Shown piece after piece: positions 1 through 10,085 of a stretch of DNA of 64,000 bases (position 1 is the first letter of the stretch; each line of letters opens with the position of its first letter). Location: the NCBI GenBank assembly GCA_963831155.1, contig CAWHOY010000007.1, forward strand, positions 68,800 through 132,799. Direction: 5' to 3'. This stretch comes from an uncultured Acidimicrobiaceae bacterium (GTDB lineage Bacteria; Actinomycetota; Acidimicrobiia; Acidimicrobiales; Bog-793). The notes under the pieces were generated by a model. That model was not told the DNA's origin. It did not search any database and saw only the letters and a program-made list of their open reading frames with translations. Position numbers and translations under genes: made by a program.

Positions 1-303
1 CTCGTGCAGAGCTGTCTTGCCGACAATCGAGGCGCCGGCACCGCGCAGAGTCGCCACGACCGGCGCGTCGTGTGGCGCTGGTACTGCCCCATGGAAAGCA
101 GCAGAGCCGGCACGCGTCGGACAGCCGGCCACGTCAATCAAGTCCTTGATCGCCACCGGAATGCTGGCGAATGGTCCATTGTCCATGAACTCGGGGTGAA
201 GAATCTGCGTGTAGGCACCACCCTCAGCGACCGAGCGTCTCATTTCGAGCGCCCGCGAGTGCGTCCCTTTCGGATCGCGCCGCGCATCGGCGAGCGAGAT
301 CAA
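1..303 (-). CDS. amidase (amidase-signature family), N-terminal part only; continues beyond the window edge
   Basis: Minus-strand translation reads ...FASIPVAIKDLIDVAGCPTRAGSAAFHGAVPAPHDAPVVATLRGAGASIVGKTALHE, a typical amidase N-region. It is absent from the ORF track because it is open at the window edge. The start is TTG 303 (TTGA overlap with the upstream stop) or ATG 243. Confidence 0.6.
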   Translation of the reverse strand, partial: MISLADARRDPKGTHSRALEMRRSVAEGGAYTQILHPEFMDNGPFASIPVAIKDLIDVAGCPTRAGSAAFHGAVPAPHDAPVVATLRGAGASIVGKTALHE

Positions 304-1148
304 TCGAGCAAGCGCTGTTCGAGCGCCTCGAGACGTGCACCGAGGGCAGCGGCACGATCTTCGCTCAACTCGACCCCGAACGCGCGTGCCGCCGCATCGA
401 CCCTTTCGGTGCCAGTCGACTCGCTCAGTTCGTTCCTTGCATCGGACGGAGCGAGGTACGAACGCACGTCGATCCGGTAACTGAGCTCGAGCGCCGCTCC
501 AGTCTGGCGGTCGGAGAGTTCGGCGCGGAACTCAGATCCTCCGCGCAGGCCACCAATCGCGGGCAGCGTCCCGCAGAGCACGACGAACGAACGCGGTCTC
601 GCCCTCCATGGGATCGCGCCGAGAATGTCGACAGGCGACAACAGTGCTTCGGTTGAACCGTCTTGATAGAGGTCGTTTGTCTCGGTGCCGATCCAGCTGC
701 GGAGCCACAAGCTGTCCCAGTGGTCGGCGACGTCGGACAGCGTCCACGCGTGCTGCGCGAGCACTTTGTGACAAACGCCCTTCGACAGCGCGACATCGAT
801 CCGCTCAGCGGCACGATCTGTGTGGTCTGAGGCGATGGTGACATAGACCTCGTCGCCCGCGACGAGCAGTGCGACCTCCGCCTCGCCGGACGTCTCTTCG
901 GCAGTCGTGATGAGTTGCTGGCTTTGGGTGAGCAGCGCAGGCGGAAGCGGATAGAAACACGGCACCGATTCAGGCGGCTCGATGCCATGCTCGGCAAGTT
1001 CGCGAACGTGGGAGAGGACGGCCTCGTGATCACGTCCGGTGTATCCCGCGACAATGAGAATCTCCGGCTCGAGCGCGACGTTGCCGCCCGTCGGTTCGAG
1101 CTCGAAGCGCAAGAACCGATCGGCCAGATTCTGCGTGGGCTGTTTCAC
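300..1148 (-). CDS. DUF2848-like protein
   Basis: 282-aa ORF. The RFELEP...ILIVAGYTGRD...VPCFYPL pattern was recognised as DUF2848-like from memory. It is co-directional with, and overlaps, the downstream amidase. Confidence 0.5.
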   Translation of the reverse strand: MKQPTQNLADRFLRFELEPTGGNVALEPEILIVAGYTGRDHEAVLSHVRELAEHGIEPPESVPCFYPLPPALLTQSQQLITTAEETSGEAEVALLVAGDEVYVTIASDHTDRAAERIDVALSKGVCHKVLAQHAWTLSDVADHWDSLWLRSWIGTETNDLYQDGSTEALLSPVDILGAIPWRARPRSFVVLCGTLPAIGGLRGGSEFRAELSDRQTGAALELSYRIDVRSYLAPSDARNELSESTGTERVDAAARAFGVELSEDRAAALGARLEALEQRLLD

Positions 1149-1269
1149 CTTTCAGCGCCGACCCGCCGCAGGGCGTGTTGACTCCGCCGCTGCCTTCCCG
1201 TCGCCCTCAACGGCGCCCTTTTCCGAGCGCATCTCGGTTCCCAGTTCCATTTCGATCCTCACCCGGCCG

Positions 1270-1283
1270 GTAGTATACTACAT
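1270..1283. promoter_or_regulatory. operator-like palindromic box S1 (minus-strand reading ATGTAGTATACTAC)
   Basis: The inner 12-mer GTAGTATACTAC is a perfect palindrome. It lies in the divergent intergenic region between the DUF2848 gene and the hydratase/lyase gene. It is identical to the box at 16139-16152. Confidence 0.55.
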
Positions 1284-1353
1284 GCTACATCTGTTTCGAG
1301 AAATGGATGCTCCCTCATCACCGGACCGATAGACCCCAGACATAAGGCGCGAC

Positions 1354-1375
1354 GGGAGGGCCCCTTGGCCCTCCC
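1354..1375 (+). other. perfect 9-bp GC hairpin in the 5' leader of the hydratase/lyase operon
   Basis: GGGAGGGCC-CCTT-GGCCCTCCC, ending 31 nt upstream of ATG 1407. There is no U-tract after it. Confidence 0.4.
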
Positions 1376-1406
1376 TCCGAGATCCAAAGCGAGGTCGACC
1401 GAGTAA

Positions 1407-2225
1407 ATGTCCAGCTACAAGACCGTGAAGATCGAGCGGGAAAACGGCGTCTCATTCGTCGTGTTGAATCGGCCGGAGAAGAAGAACGCCATGAATCCGA
1501 CGATGCACTACGAGATGCTGGAGGTGTGGGACGAGCTCGAATTCGACGCTGAAACCCGGGTTGTCGTCCTCACCGGCGAAGGCGACAGCTGGTGCGCCGG
1601 CCAGGATCTGAAAGAGTCCTTCCTCGAAACCGCCAACAATCCGCTGGAGCTACGGCGCTCCTCCTGGGCGGCGTCGGAGTGGCGGTGGCGCCGCCTCTAT
1701 TACTTCCCGAAGCCGACGATCGCGATGGTGAACGGCTACTGCTTTGGGGGCGGCTTCACCCAGCTGATCGCCTGCGACTTCGCCATCTCCGCCGAGGAAG
1801 CAACGTTCGGGCTCAGCGAGGTGAACTGGGGATCGTTCCCGGGCGGACTCGTCAGCCGCGTCCTTGCCGAGGTGCTGGGCACGCGCGACGCCCTCTACTA
1901 CATCATGACCGGCGAAACCTTCGACGGCCGGACCGCGGAGAGGATGCGCCTCGTCAACGAGACGGTTCCGCTTTCGGACCTCCGCAAGACCACATTGACG
2001 CTCGCCGACAAACTCCTCAGCCTCAATCCGCACACGCTGCGCGCCTGCAAAGAGGTGTACAAGCACGTGAAGGACATGGACTACGAAGATGCCGAGGACT
2101 ACATGTGGGCGAAGCTCGACATGCTCACGGTCCTCGATCCGGGCGGTCGCCAGCGCGGGATCAGACAATTCGTCGAGGACAAGAGCTACAAGCCTGGATT
2201 CGAGTCGTACGAGCACGATGACTGA
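1407..2225 (+). CDS. ech: 4-hydroxycinnamoyl/feruloyl-CoA hydratase-lyase-like crotonase
   Basis: 272 aa. NRPEKKNAM, KPTIAMVNGYCFGGGF, EATFGLSEVNWGSFPGG and YYIMTGETF align with my recollection of Pseudomonas HCHL along the whole length. Confidence 0.75.
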   Translation: MSSYKTVKIERENGVSFVVLNRPEKKNAMNPTMHYEMLEVWDELEFDAETRVVVLTGEGDSWCAGQDLKESFLETANNPLELRRSSWAASEWRWRRLYYFPKPTIAMVNGYCFGGGFTQLIACDFAISAEEATFGLSEVNWGSFPGGLVSRVLAEVLGTRDALYYIMTGETFDGRTAERMRLVNETVPLSDLRKTTLTLADKLLSLNPHTLRACKEVYKHVKDMDYEDAEDYMWAKLDMLTVLDPGGRQRGIRQFVEDKSYKPGFESYEHDD

Positions 2226-3429
2226 CGAGCAGCCGACGCCGCTGCTCGAGGGTTTCACCGCGCTCGACCTGTCGGGGAACGAGGGACAGTTCGCCGGACG
2301 TCTGCTCGCCGACCTCGGGATGCGCGTAATCAAGGTCGAGCCACCGAGCGGGGATGTCGTCCGCAGCATCGGGCCGTTCAAGGACGATCTCGTCGACCGC
2401 GAGGCGAGCCTTCGCTTCGCATTCTTGAACGGCGGTAAAGAGAGCATCACCCTCAACTTGGAGAACGCCGACGGCCGAGCGATGCTCCTCGATCTCGTCA
2501 CCCACGTCGACGTATTGATCGAGAGCTTCCCCCCCGGGTTCCTCGACCATCTCGGCGTCGGTTTTCGGCGCCTTCACGAGCGCAACCGTCAGCTCGTCAT
2601 AGTCTCCATCACTCCGTTCGGACAGAACGGCCCGCACGCGGACTATCTGGCGACCGACATCGTCGGTGTGGCGATGGGCGGGATCATGTTCATCTCCGGA
2701 GATCCGAGCCTCCCGCCAGTACGCCCGCCTGAGACGCAGTCGTTCTATTACGCCTCGATCTACGCGGCCTACGCGGTGTTGCTCGCGCTCTTCAAGCGTG
2801 GCGAGGACGGCGACGGGCAATACATCGATGTCTCGATCCAAGAAAGCGTCGCCTCGCAAGAACACATGATCCGCGAGGCGGCATTCGACGGCGTACAAAT
2901 CACGCGCAATGGCAGCCAACACAAGCACACGTCGCCGGCGAACATCTTTCCGTGCACTGACGGTTACGTCTATCTCTTCATCCTGGGCGCGCGTGATTGG
3001 GAGCGCCTGCTCGAGTTGTGGACCGATCATCCGATTGAGCTCGACGCTCCGGAGCTGAGGGCGCCCGGGCGTCGCCGCGCCAAAGCGGCGGCGATCAATC
3101 CGCTCGTCGAACAGTTCACCTCGCGTTATTCCAAGCGTGAACTGATGGGTTATCTGCAAGAAAACGGGATCCCTTGCCTGCCGGTCAATTCGCCGCGCGA
3201 CTTCCTCGGAGAAGAACAAGTCCGCGTCCGGGAGTTCCTTGGCGACGTGGAAAGCGCCTCGATCGGCCGATACCAGGCGCCACGGTTCCCCGCACTCTTC
3301 GACGGGCAGCGTCCGCCGGTCGCCGGCCCCCCACCACAACTCGGAGCGGACAGCTCGGCGATCTACCACGAATGGCTAGGGCTCGACGCCGACGAGCTCG
3401 AGCTGCTCGCGGCGAGAGGCGTGGTCTAG
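2218..3429 (+). CDS. CoA-transferase family III (CaiB/BaiF type), copy 1
   Basis: LDLSGNEGQFAGRLLADLGMRVIKVEPPSGD is a typical family III N-terminus. The ATG at 2218 overlaps the upstream stop. The longer track ORF (2089) is rejected. Confidence 0.85.
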   Translation: MTDEQPTPLLEGFTALDLSGNEGQFAGRLLADLGMRVIKVEPPSGDVVRSIGPFKDDLVDREASLRFAFLNGGKESITLNLENADGRAMLLDLVTHVDVLIESFPPGFLDHLGVGFRRLHERNRQLVIVSITPFGQNGPHADYLATDIVGVAMGGIMFISGDPSLPPVRPPETQSFYYASIYAAYAVLLALFKRGEDGDGQYIDVSIQESVASQEHMIREAAFDGVQITRNGSQHKHTSPANIFPCTDGYVYLFILGARDWERLLELWTDHPIELDAPELRAPGRRRAKAAAINPLVEQFTSRYSKRELMGYLQENGIPCLPVNSPRDFLGEEQVRVREFLGDVESASIGRYQAPRFPALFDGQRPPVAGPPPQLGADSSAIYHEWLGLDADELELLAARGVV

Positions 3430-3431
3430 AG

Positions 3432-4631
3432 ATGGAGAGTTTCCTTTCCGGTATCCGCGTCGTCAGCCTTTCGACAGGCATCGCCGGTCCGAACGCCGCA
3501 CGCGGCCTCGCCCTATACGGAGCCGAGGTGTTCAAAGTCGAGTCGCGCGCCGGCGGTCTCGACGCCTTCCGCTCCTACGGCGACAACCCCGAGGCATCCC
3601 CGCGCTTCGTCGAGGTCAACCTCAACACCCGATCGCTGACGCTCAACTTGAAGCGCCCGGAAGGGATCGCCCTCTTCAAGGAGCTCGTCGCGAAGTCCGA
3701 CGTCGTGATGGACAACTTCCGACCGCAGGTGCTCCCCCGCCTCGGACTCGGACCGGACGACCTCCTGGCGGTCAATCCGCAGGTGATCGTGGTGCGCATG
3801 CCCGGACTCGGTTCGCAAGGACCGCTCAGCGCATACGGCACCTGGGGTCCGACACTTACCGCGTACTCGGGGCTCACCTACCTCTGGAACCATCCGGGCC
3901 AGGAACGCCCGATCGGCTCGCAGGGTGTCTACCCCGACTACCTGACGGGAGCGGTCGTGCCGGCGATCGTCGTCGCCGCCCTGTTACGCAGACGCCGTAC
4001 CGGCACGGGGACGGCGATCGACGTCGCCCAGATGGACCTCGCCGCCTACACACTCGGGACGGTCTTCCTCGACGCCACCGTCAACGGTCGCGACCCGCAG
4101 CCGGTCGGCAACACCTCGCCGCACATGGAGCCACACAACAGCTTCCCGTGCCTCGGAGACGACCGTTGGTGCGTGATCGCCGTGGAAAACGACGCGCAAT
4201 GGGCGGCGCTCTGCGCGGTGATCGACGAAGAGGCGCTCGCGTCGGACGAGCGATTCGCGACGCTGCGGACGAGAAAGGCGAATCGCGACGAGCTCTTCGA
4301 GATCATCGCGAAGTGGACGCGACGCCACGAGGCGACTTCCGTGATGGAGCAGCTGCAGCATGCCGGCGTCCCGGCAGGTGTCGTGCAGGGAGGCAGTGAT
4401 CTCGCGGTCGACGCGCAGCTCGAAGCGCGCGGCTACATCGAGATCGTCGAGCACCCGATCCTCGGCAAGATGCCGATGGCGGGAATGCCGATGCACTTCA
4501 GCGCTGGCCGGCACGAAGCGCTGAAGAGTCCTCCCCCGCTCGGGTCGGACAACGAATACGTGATCACCGAGATCCTCGGTTACAGCGTTGACGACTTGAA
4601 GCGGTGGGAAACAGAGGAGGTCGTTTACTAA
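3432..4631 (+). CDS. CoA-transferase family III (CaiB/BaiF type), copy 2
   Basis: The N-terminus MESFLSGIRVVSLSTGIAGPNAARGLALYGAEVFKVE fits family III. The ATG lies 2 nt after the upstream TAG. It is a tandem paralog of the previous gene. Confidence 0.85.
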   Translation: MESFLSGIRVVSLSTGIAGPNAARGLALYGAEVFKVESRAGGLDAFRSYGDNPEASPRFVEVNLNTRSLTLNLKRPEGIALFKELVAKSDVVMDNFRPQVLPRLGLGPDDLLAVNPQVIVVRMPGLGSQGPLSAYGTWGPTLTAYSGLTYLWNHPGQERPIGSQGVYPDYLTGAVVPAIVVAALLRRRRTGTGTAIDVAQMDLAAYTLGTVFLDATVNGRDPQPVGNTSPHMEPHNSFPCLGDDRWCVIAVENDAQWAALCAVIDEEALASDERFATLRTRKANRDELFEIIAKWTRRHEATSVMEQLQHAGVPAGVVQGGSDLAVDAQLEARGYIEIVEHPILGKMPMAGMPMHFSAGRHEALKSPPPLGSDNEYVITEILGYSVDDLKRWETEEVVY

Positions 4632-4702
4632 GTGGTTGTCAAGGTGAGTGGAAGTACTGGCAAATCAAAGGCTCAATGCCCAATAAGCGCAGGAAGGAAG
4701 TA

Positions 4703-5740
4703 ATGGAGTTCGGACTTGTCCTGGGGCCGTTCCTCCCGCCACGAGAGGAGATGACCTCGCAGGACGCGCTCACCCTGCAAATGCGGTTCGCCGAACGCGC
4801 CGCCAAATCGGGCTTCGACTGCGTGAGCATGGGCCACCACTATCTTTCGGGTCCGCTCGCGCAGTTCTTCCAGCCGATCCCGCTCGCTGGGGCGATCCTC
4901 GCCCGGTATTCGTCCCTTTCGGTGGCAACCACGATCTTCCTCCTCCCGTATCACAACCCCGTGGAGATAGCTGAAGCTGTCGCCACCCTCGACGCCCTCG
5001 CTCCAGGACGTTTTGTGCTCGGCGTCGCCCAGGGATACCGCCGCGACGAAGCCGAAGCAGTGGGAATTAACCACTCGAGCCGCCAGCAACGGCTGACCGA
5101 GTCCATCACCGCAATGCGACTCCTCTGGCAAGGTGGTCCAGCGAATTTCGAAGGCAAGTACTTCCGGTTTCACGACGCCGACATCGGCATCACGACCAAA
5201 AGTCCGACTGGCCCGCCCATAATTGTTGGGGCCGATACCATCGGCTCGATCCTCCGCATTCCTGTGATCGGCGGCGACCACTGGCTTCCGAGTCCACGCA
5301 ATGGGACGACATTTATCAAGAAGGTGCTTCCCGCTTACATCGAATCTGTCCGTAAAGCGGGCCGCGATTTCCTTGGCATCCCAATCATGCGAAGCGTTTA
5401 CGTATCGACGGACGAACATTCAGCCCAAGAGGCGCTTGTCAAAGCGGTGCGACGCATGTCCGCCATCCAGGCGAAATGGGGCCAGCCGGGTGAGCGATCA
5501 AGACCCGATTTCGACCAGATCCGGAGAGAGAAGCAGATCATCTTGGGGAGCACCGAACAGATCGCTGAGTCGATCGTCGAGCTATACCGCGAGATCGCTG
5601 TCAGGTGCATCTTCCTCCATTGCTATACCCCGGGGATGGACCCTGAAGCATCACTCGACATGGTCGCTCAGCTTGGTGAGGAGACGCTGCCACTTGTGCG
5701 CAAGGAAATCGGATCGGATTCCTTTTTGTTGAACCACTAG
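4703..5740 (+). CDS. LLM-class (luciferase-like) flavin/F420-dependent oxidoreductase
   Basis: MEFGLVL...FDCVSMGHHYL...PVEIAEAVATLDALAPGRFVLGVAQGY matches the family. An AGGAAGGAAG RBS precedes ATG 4703. Confidence 0.8.
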   Translation: MEFGLVLGPFLPPREEMTSQDALTLQMRFAERAAKSGFDCVSMGHHYLSGPLAQFFQPIPLAGAILARYSSLSVATTIFLLPYHNPVEIAEAVATLDALAPGRFVLGVAQGYRRDEAEAVGINHSSRQQRLTESITAMRLLWQGGPANFEGKYFRFHDADIGITTKSPTGPPIIVGADTIGSILRIPVIGGDHWLPSPRNGTTFIKKVLPAYIESVRKAGRDFLGIPIMRSVYVSTDEHSAQEALVKAVRRMSAIQAKWGQPGERSRPDFDQIRREKQIILGSTEQIAESIVELYREIAVRCIFLHCYTPGMDPEASLDMVAQLGEETLPLVRKEIGSDSFLLNH

Positions 5741-5805
5741 TGGAGCTCTGTTGCCCGAAGTCGTATCGCCGATGCCCGCGTGCTACGACAGCCACAGCCG
5801 GACGT

Positions 5806-6570
5806 TCAGCCTGGCATGTTCCCTCCGCCGTCGACGACAAGCACTTGTCCCGTAATCCAGGAGCTCATCTCGCTAGCAAGGAAGAGCATCGGCCCGACAA
5901 TGTCGGCTTCCGAGCCGAAACGCTTGATGCACCTCCACTCCAAGAAACTGCGAACGACCTCCTCTGAGATCTCAGCTTCGTCGCCGGTTATCACCGGACC
6001 CGGCGCGATCGCGTTGACCCGTATGCGGTAAGGGGCAAGCTCGCGGGCGAGCGAGCGGGTGATGGGAGGTATCGCTCCTTTCGACACCGTGTAATGGATC
6101 CGTCCAGGCGGGTTCTGCCAGATCGCGGGTGATGTCTGATTGATGATCACGCCACCTCCGCGGGACCGCATCAAAGGAGTGACGGCGCGCGTGGCAAGCA
6201 GAATCGACGTCAAGTTCATCGCCAGCACCCTCTCCCACAGCTCAAGGACCATGTCCTCGAGCGGATCTGGCGGCGGAAGTGGCAATCCTTGAAACATCGC
6301 GGCGTTATTGACAAGGACGTCTGCGCCGCCGAAGGCATCGCCGACAGCATTCGCCATCTCAAGGGTGCTTGCTTCGGAGGTGACGTCCGTCGGAACGAGG
6401 AGCGGTTCGTGACCAGCCTTCCGCAACACGGAAACTGTCGTGTCGCCCGATTGCTCTCCGTCGGCGATTACGACGCGCGCCCCTGCCTCCAGCAGACCGC
6501 GGCCGTAGGCCGTGGCGAATCCTCCCGGGCCGGTAACGATCGCTACCTTGCCGTCGAGTCCAAATGCCAT
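5806..6570 (-). CDS. SDR-family oxidoreductase
   Basis: 254 aa. KVAIVTGPGG glycine-rich motif, NNAA, and YTVSKGA catalytic Y-x3-K. Confidence 0.85.
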   Translation of the reverse strand: MAFGLDGKVAIVTGPGGFATAYGRGLLEAGARVVIADGEQSGDTTVSVLRKAGHEPLLVPTDVTSEASTLEMANAVGDAFGGADVLVNNAAMFQGLPLPPPDPLEDMVLELWERVLAMNLTSILLATRAVTPLMRSRGGGVIINQTSPAIWQNPPGRIHYTVSKGAIPPITRSLARELAPYRIRVNAIAPGPVITGDEAEISEEVVRSFLEWRCIKRFGSEADIVGPMLFLASEMSSWITGQVLVVDGGGNMPG

Positions 6571-6737
6571 ATGCCTCCTTCGAGCGGTTCGCGATCGAGA
6601 TGACCAGAGTCACATTCATTCTGCTACGAATTACGCGGAAACGATCTAGAGACTTGGCTCGTGTATTCCACGACATTCTCTAAAAGAAATACCCATTGTC
6701 GTCGGTTAGCGTCGATAGAGATGTAGCGAGGACTTGA

Positions 6738-8321
6738 ATGCATGCTCAACCCTCTGCAAAGGACGTCGTCAAGGTGGCTGCAGGGCTTGGCATCCAGCTC
6801 GGCCTCGAAGCGGCGGCCCTCTATCGCGATGCGATCATCGAACAGCTCGCCGCGATCGATGAACTTCTAAGTTTTCGCTTGAGCGAGCAAGCACCGCCGT
6901 TGTCGTACCCCATTCGAGATACCGGTTATCGGCCCTCTGCTGAAGAAGATCCCTATCGAGTGTGGCTTTGGAAGTGCTCGATAGGCGGAGATACCGAAGG
7001 GCTGCTTGCTGGAAAACGAGTGAGTTTTAAAGACCACATCGCAGTTGCGGGCATTCCAGAGACATTCGGTGCGGAACCACTGGAGGGGTTTATCCCCGAC
7101 TTTGACGCGACGGTCGTCAACAGAGTGCTCGCGGCCGGTGGACGAGTGATCGGGAAGAACTCGATGGACGGCCTAACCGGAGGAAGAGCCTCCGGGGCGG
7201 TTGGCGGCGACTACCCGCCCCCGATAAATCCCCACGATGCGACTCGCATAACTGGCGGATCGTCGTCCGGATCAGCAGCCGCGGTCGCGGTCGGGGAGGT
7301 CGACATTGCCTTCGGCGGTGATCAGGGAGGTTCCGCCCGCGTTCCAGCGGCGCTATGCGGAGTAATCGGAGTCAAGCCAACGTTCGGTTTGGTGTCGCAC
7401 ATGGGGGTGGCGTTCGGCGCTGAACCAAGCCTTGACCACGTCGGCCCCATCGCTCGATACGTCGAAGACGCTGCGGCCGCACTCGAAGCAGTCGCCGGCC
7501 ACGATGACTTCGATCCGCGCCAAACAAAGGAGATTCCAGATTGTCTTGACGTAATGACCTCACTCAAACGAGGTGTCTCGGGGTTGAGGATCGGCATCCT
7601 CGATGAAGGATTCGCTACGCCGATCGACGAGGAGGTTCGCGAGTCCGTGCTGTCGGCATTAGACGTGCTCCACGGCCTCGGTGCGGAAATCAAACGGGTT
7701 TCAGTGGAGGCGCACGAGTTTTGCGCACCAGCGTTCCTCGCCTTGTCGATTTTCGGATCTTCTGCGATACAGAAGACGGGCATCATGGGGTTTGGATCGG
7801 CGACTTTCTATCCCTCGTCACTCATCGTCGCCTTCAACAAGATGTGGGCGTCGAGTCTCGAGCGGATGTCGCCACGAACAATCGTTGGGTATCTGACGGC
7901 AGAATTCAGCCGCCGAAGCGATTTCGGTGCGGCTTACGCGAAGGCGCAGAATCTCCGATCGACGTTCGCTCACGCATACGACCGGGCTCTCAGCGAAGTC
8001 GACGTCATTGCCTTGCCGACCTGCCCGATCGTTGCGCCGAAAGTGACGAAAGAGCCAACAAGTGATCACGAAGCTCTTCAGGCAGATCTAAGTTCTCGGC
8101 AGCAGGTAGCTGTGATGTCGAGAAATACTCTGCCGTTCAATTACACTGGACACCCGGCGGTCGCTTTGCCTTGCGGAAAGGTGAGTGGCGGACTCCCAAC
8201 GAGCATCCAGCTAGTGGGCCGACAGCTCGAGGATGCGCTCTTGCTCCAAATCGCTTACGCCTTTGAGAAATCCGTCGATTGGGAACACCTCATTACTCCG
8301 CCTCTTCAGGTGGGCGGATGA
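6738..8321 (+). CDS. amidase (amidase-signature family)
   Basis: 527 aa with the GGSSSGSAAAVA signature and a KDHIAVAGIP motif. Confidence 0.85.
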   Translation: MHAQPSAKDVVKVAAGLGIQLGLEAAALYRDAIIEQLAAIDELLSFRLSEQAPPLSYPIRDTGYRPSAEEDPYRVWLWKCSIGGDTEGLLAGKRVSFKDHIAVAGIPETFGAEPLEGFIPDFDATVVNRVLAAGGRVIGKNSMDGLTGGRASGAVGGDYPPPINPHDATRITGGSSSGSAAAVAVGEVDIAFGGDQGGSARVPAALCGVIGVKPTFGLVSHMGVAFGAEPSLDHVGPIARYVEDAAAALEAVAGHDDFDPRQTKEIPDCLDVMTSLKRGVSGLRIGILDEGFATPIDEEVRESVLSALDVLHGLGAEIKRVSVEAHEFCAPAFLALSIFGSSAIQKTGIMGFGSATFYPSSLIVAFNKMWASSLERMSPRTIVGYLTAEFSRRSDFGAAYAKAQNLRSTFAHAYDRALSEVDVIALPTCPIVAPKVTKEPTSDHEALQADLSSRQQVAVMSRNTLPFNYTGHPAVALPCGKVSGGLPTSIQLVGRQLEDALLLQIAYAFEKSVDWEHLITPPLQVGG

Positions 8322-8536
8322 CGTCATAACAAAAGGAGACCAGCGGCGCACGTAACTGCGCGACGCGACCGACGCCGTACAAGCTTCGTGAAGGGGACTT
8401 TCAACTGGGAGCGGAGGCACCCTTGAGGATACGTCGCTGCGCGCAGATCTCGAACTGTGCAATCACCGCATCTTTCGCGAAAACCAGTTTCGCGTTTACG
8501 GGTGCTGGCAAAGTGATCAATGACAGTCTGAGACGG

Positions 8537-9190
8537 TCAGCGGGATATGAGCGCTCTCTCGCGTTGGCCACCTATTCGGCAAATGACCTCATCAACGGTC
8601 ACGACTTCTGCGAAGCAAAACGCCATGATGGCGCAAGCTGTGCGCTGTAACTCCTCAGCTGAGCAAGCTGCGATACCTGGCCCACCAGGCAGATCAAAGT
8701 TCGCCGTTCCGTCGGCGAGGAAGATCACCTCGAAGTTAAGCGCTGCAGCCTCCCGCGCCGTGGTATCAACACAAATGTTCGTGTTTATCCCGCCTATCAA
8801 AAGCGTCGTTATGCCATTGCTGCGTAGGATGAGATCCAAATCAGTCGCGCTGAAGCTACCAAACATCGGTTTGTCCAGGACGATGTCACCCTTCGCGACC
8901 TCGACAGACGCGTCGATGGCGACGGTATCGGCGGTTGCGTCCATGACCCCTTCATTGACCGCCGGAACCGCGCGGGCGAGGAGTCCCGCGTTGCTTCTGT
9001 CCGGTCGGACAACATGCCGTGTCCAGATGACGGGTATGCCGACCTGACGGCACTGTCGTGCCAGTCGATTAAGGCGGGAGACGACGTCTGCTGCGTTCGG
9101 GGCTGCCACGGGAGAGTCAGACACGAATCGCGTCTGAAGATCGACTGCGAGCAAGGCCGTTCGCAGACAGTCGATCTCGAACTCAAGCAT
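8537..9190 (-). CDS. isochorismatase-family cysteine hydrolase, copy 1
   Basis: 217 aa. ALLAVDLQ, a later K (DKPMFGSF) and LLIGGINTNICVDTTAREA supply the D-K-C catalytic pattern. Confidence 0.8.
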   Translation of the reverse strand: MLEFEIDCLRTALLAVDLQTRFVSDSPVAAPNAADVVSRLNRLARQCRQVGIPVIWTRHVVRPDRSNAGLLARAVPAVNEGVMDATADTVAIDASVEVAKGDIVLDKPMFGSFSATDLDLILRSNGITTLLIGGINTNICVDTTAREAAALNFEVIFLADGTANFDLPGGPGIAACSAEELQRTACAIMAFCFAEVVTVDEVICRIGGQRERALISR

Positions 9191-9420
9191 GCTTTACTCC
9201 TCGCTCCAGAGCGGATCGGATATTGCCGGGCAATCCATCGATCGAGTGATCACACGAGATGCTTCACCGTGCGTTGAAAGAGCCTTGCACCGCGAGCGCG
9301 GCGATGAACGACTTGACTGTTCGACGCGGGACTTGGCGGGATCGGCTCACAGAAGCGAACGCACGGGTTGCTAGTCAACGGAACACCACAACATCGAAAT
9401 TAGGACGTCCTGTCGGCGGC

Positions 9421-9445
9421 TAGTATGTCAGATGTCAAATACTAC
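9421..9445. promoter_or_regulatory. split version (S5) of the palindromic box
   Basis: The minus strand reads TGTAGTAT-TTGACATCTGAC-ATACTAG. Both half-sites of the box are present but 12 nt apart. The site ends 25 nt upstream of the cupin-1 ATG. Confidence 0.35.
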
Positions 9446-9470
9446 AAATGGTCAATAAGAGAGGATACGC

Positions 9471-9884
9471 ATGCCAGAGATTTTTTCCCCGGAGGGTTAC
9501 ACCATCCCGCTGAAAGACGTGCCGTTCTTGAATTTTCCCCCTTATAAAGCGCAGTGGGTGCAATGGGCCGGACATGCGATGGCGTTCGAGGTAGCTCCGG
9601 CCGGCTGGCCGCGAGATCCGGAAAGTGAGGTCCTTTGGGACGGGCAGGCTGAAAATCGTTGTCAGTGCCCCCATTTCGGCTACCTCGTGAAGGGCAAGGG
9701 CTTGATGCGCCTGTCTGATGGAAGCGAGCACATAATCAACGAGGGAGATCTCTATTACGCGCCTGCCGGTCATAGGGTGTATTCGCTTGAGGGGTTCGAG
9801 AACATCGAGTTCAATCCCGATGTGAACGCCGCCTTAGCGGCAATGGAAGCTTTCGACCGGAACGCGCAGAGGGCCGCGGGATAG
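9471..9884 (+). CDS. small cupin, CQCPH family, paralog 1
   Basis: 137 aa. CQCPHFGY, GDLYYAPAGH and FENIEFNP are shared with three other ORFs in this window. Confidence 0.7.
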   Translation: MPEIFSPEGYTIPLKDVPFLNFPPYKAQWVQWAGHAMAFEVAPAGWPRDPESEVLWDGQAENRCQCPHFGYLVKGKGLMRLSDGSEHIINEGDLYYAPAGHRVYSLEGFENIEFNPDVNAALAAMEAFDRNAQRAAG

Positions 9885-10085
9885 CGATCCCGGGGTAGCG
9901 GCATCTGTGCGCAGCCGCGCATACGGGCGATTCCGCGCTGTTGCCGAGATGTCGGGTTTCGTGAAGATCGACGACTTCGCCGTGGGCATGCAGCGCTGCA
10001 GCGGCGTTGAACGCAACTGCGATTTCGAAATCGGAGGCCGACGACTAACTGGAAAACCGGACTAACAATTAGGGAGGGTGAGAAC

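Noticed and set aside
4-480. 158-aa plus-strand ORF at the window start.
   Set aside because: The minus strand here encodes a recognisable amidase N-terminus and the DUF2848 C-terminus. The plus-strand translation is low in complexity.
2161-3369. Long antisense ORFs opposite well-supported genes. Examples are 2161-3369(-), 16973-17914(-), 18549-19538(-), 48809-50404(+), 55261-56427(-), 56983-58215(+) and 62639-63793(+), along with many 60-250-aa ORFs in the track.
   Set aside because: They are typical high-GC shadow ORFs. Their translations are Arg/Ala/Pro/Gly-rich and low in complexity, with no motifs. Each overlaps almost entirely a gene on the other strand that has clear family signatures.
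6721-6727. ATGTAGC half-site of the palindromic box, 11 nt upstream of the amidase ATG.
   Set aside because: Only 7 nt match and the second half-site is absent. Several 7-mer matches are expected by chance in 64 kb.
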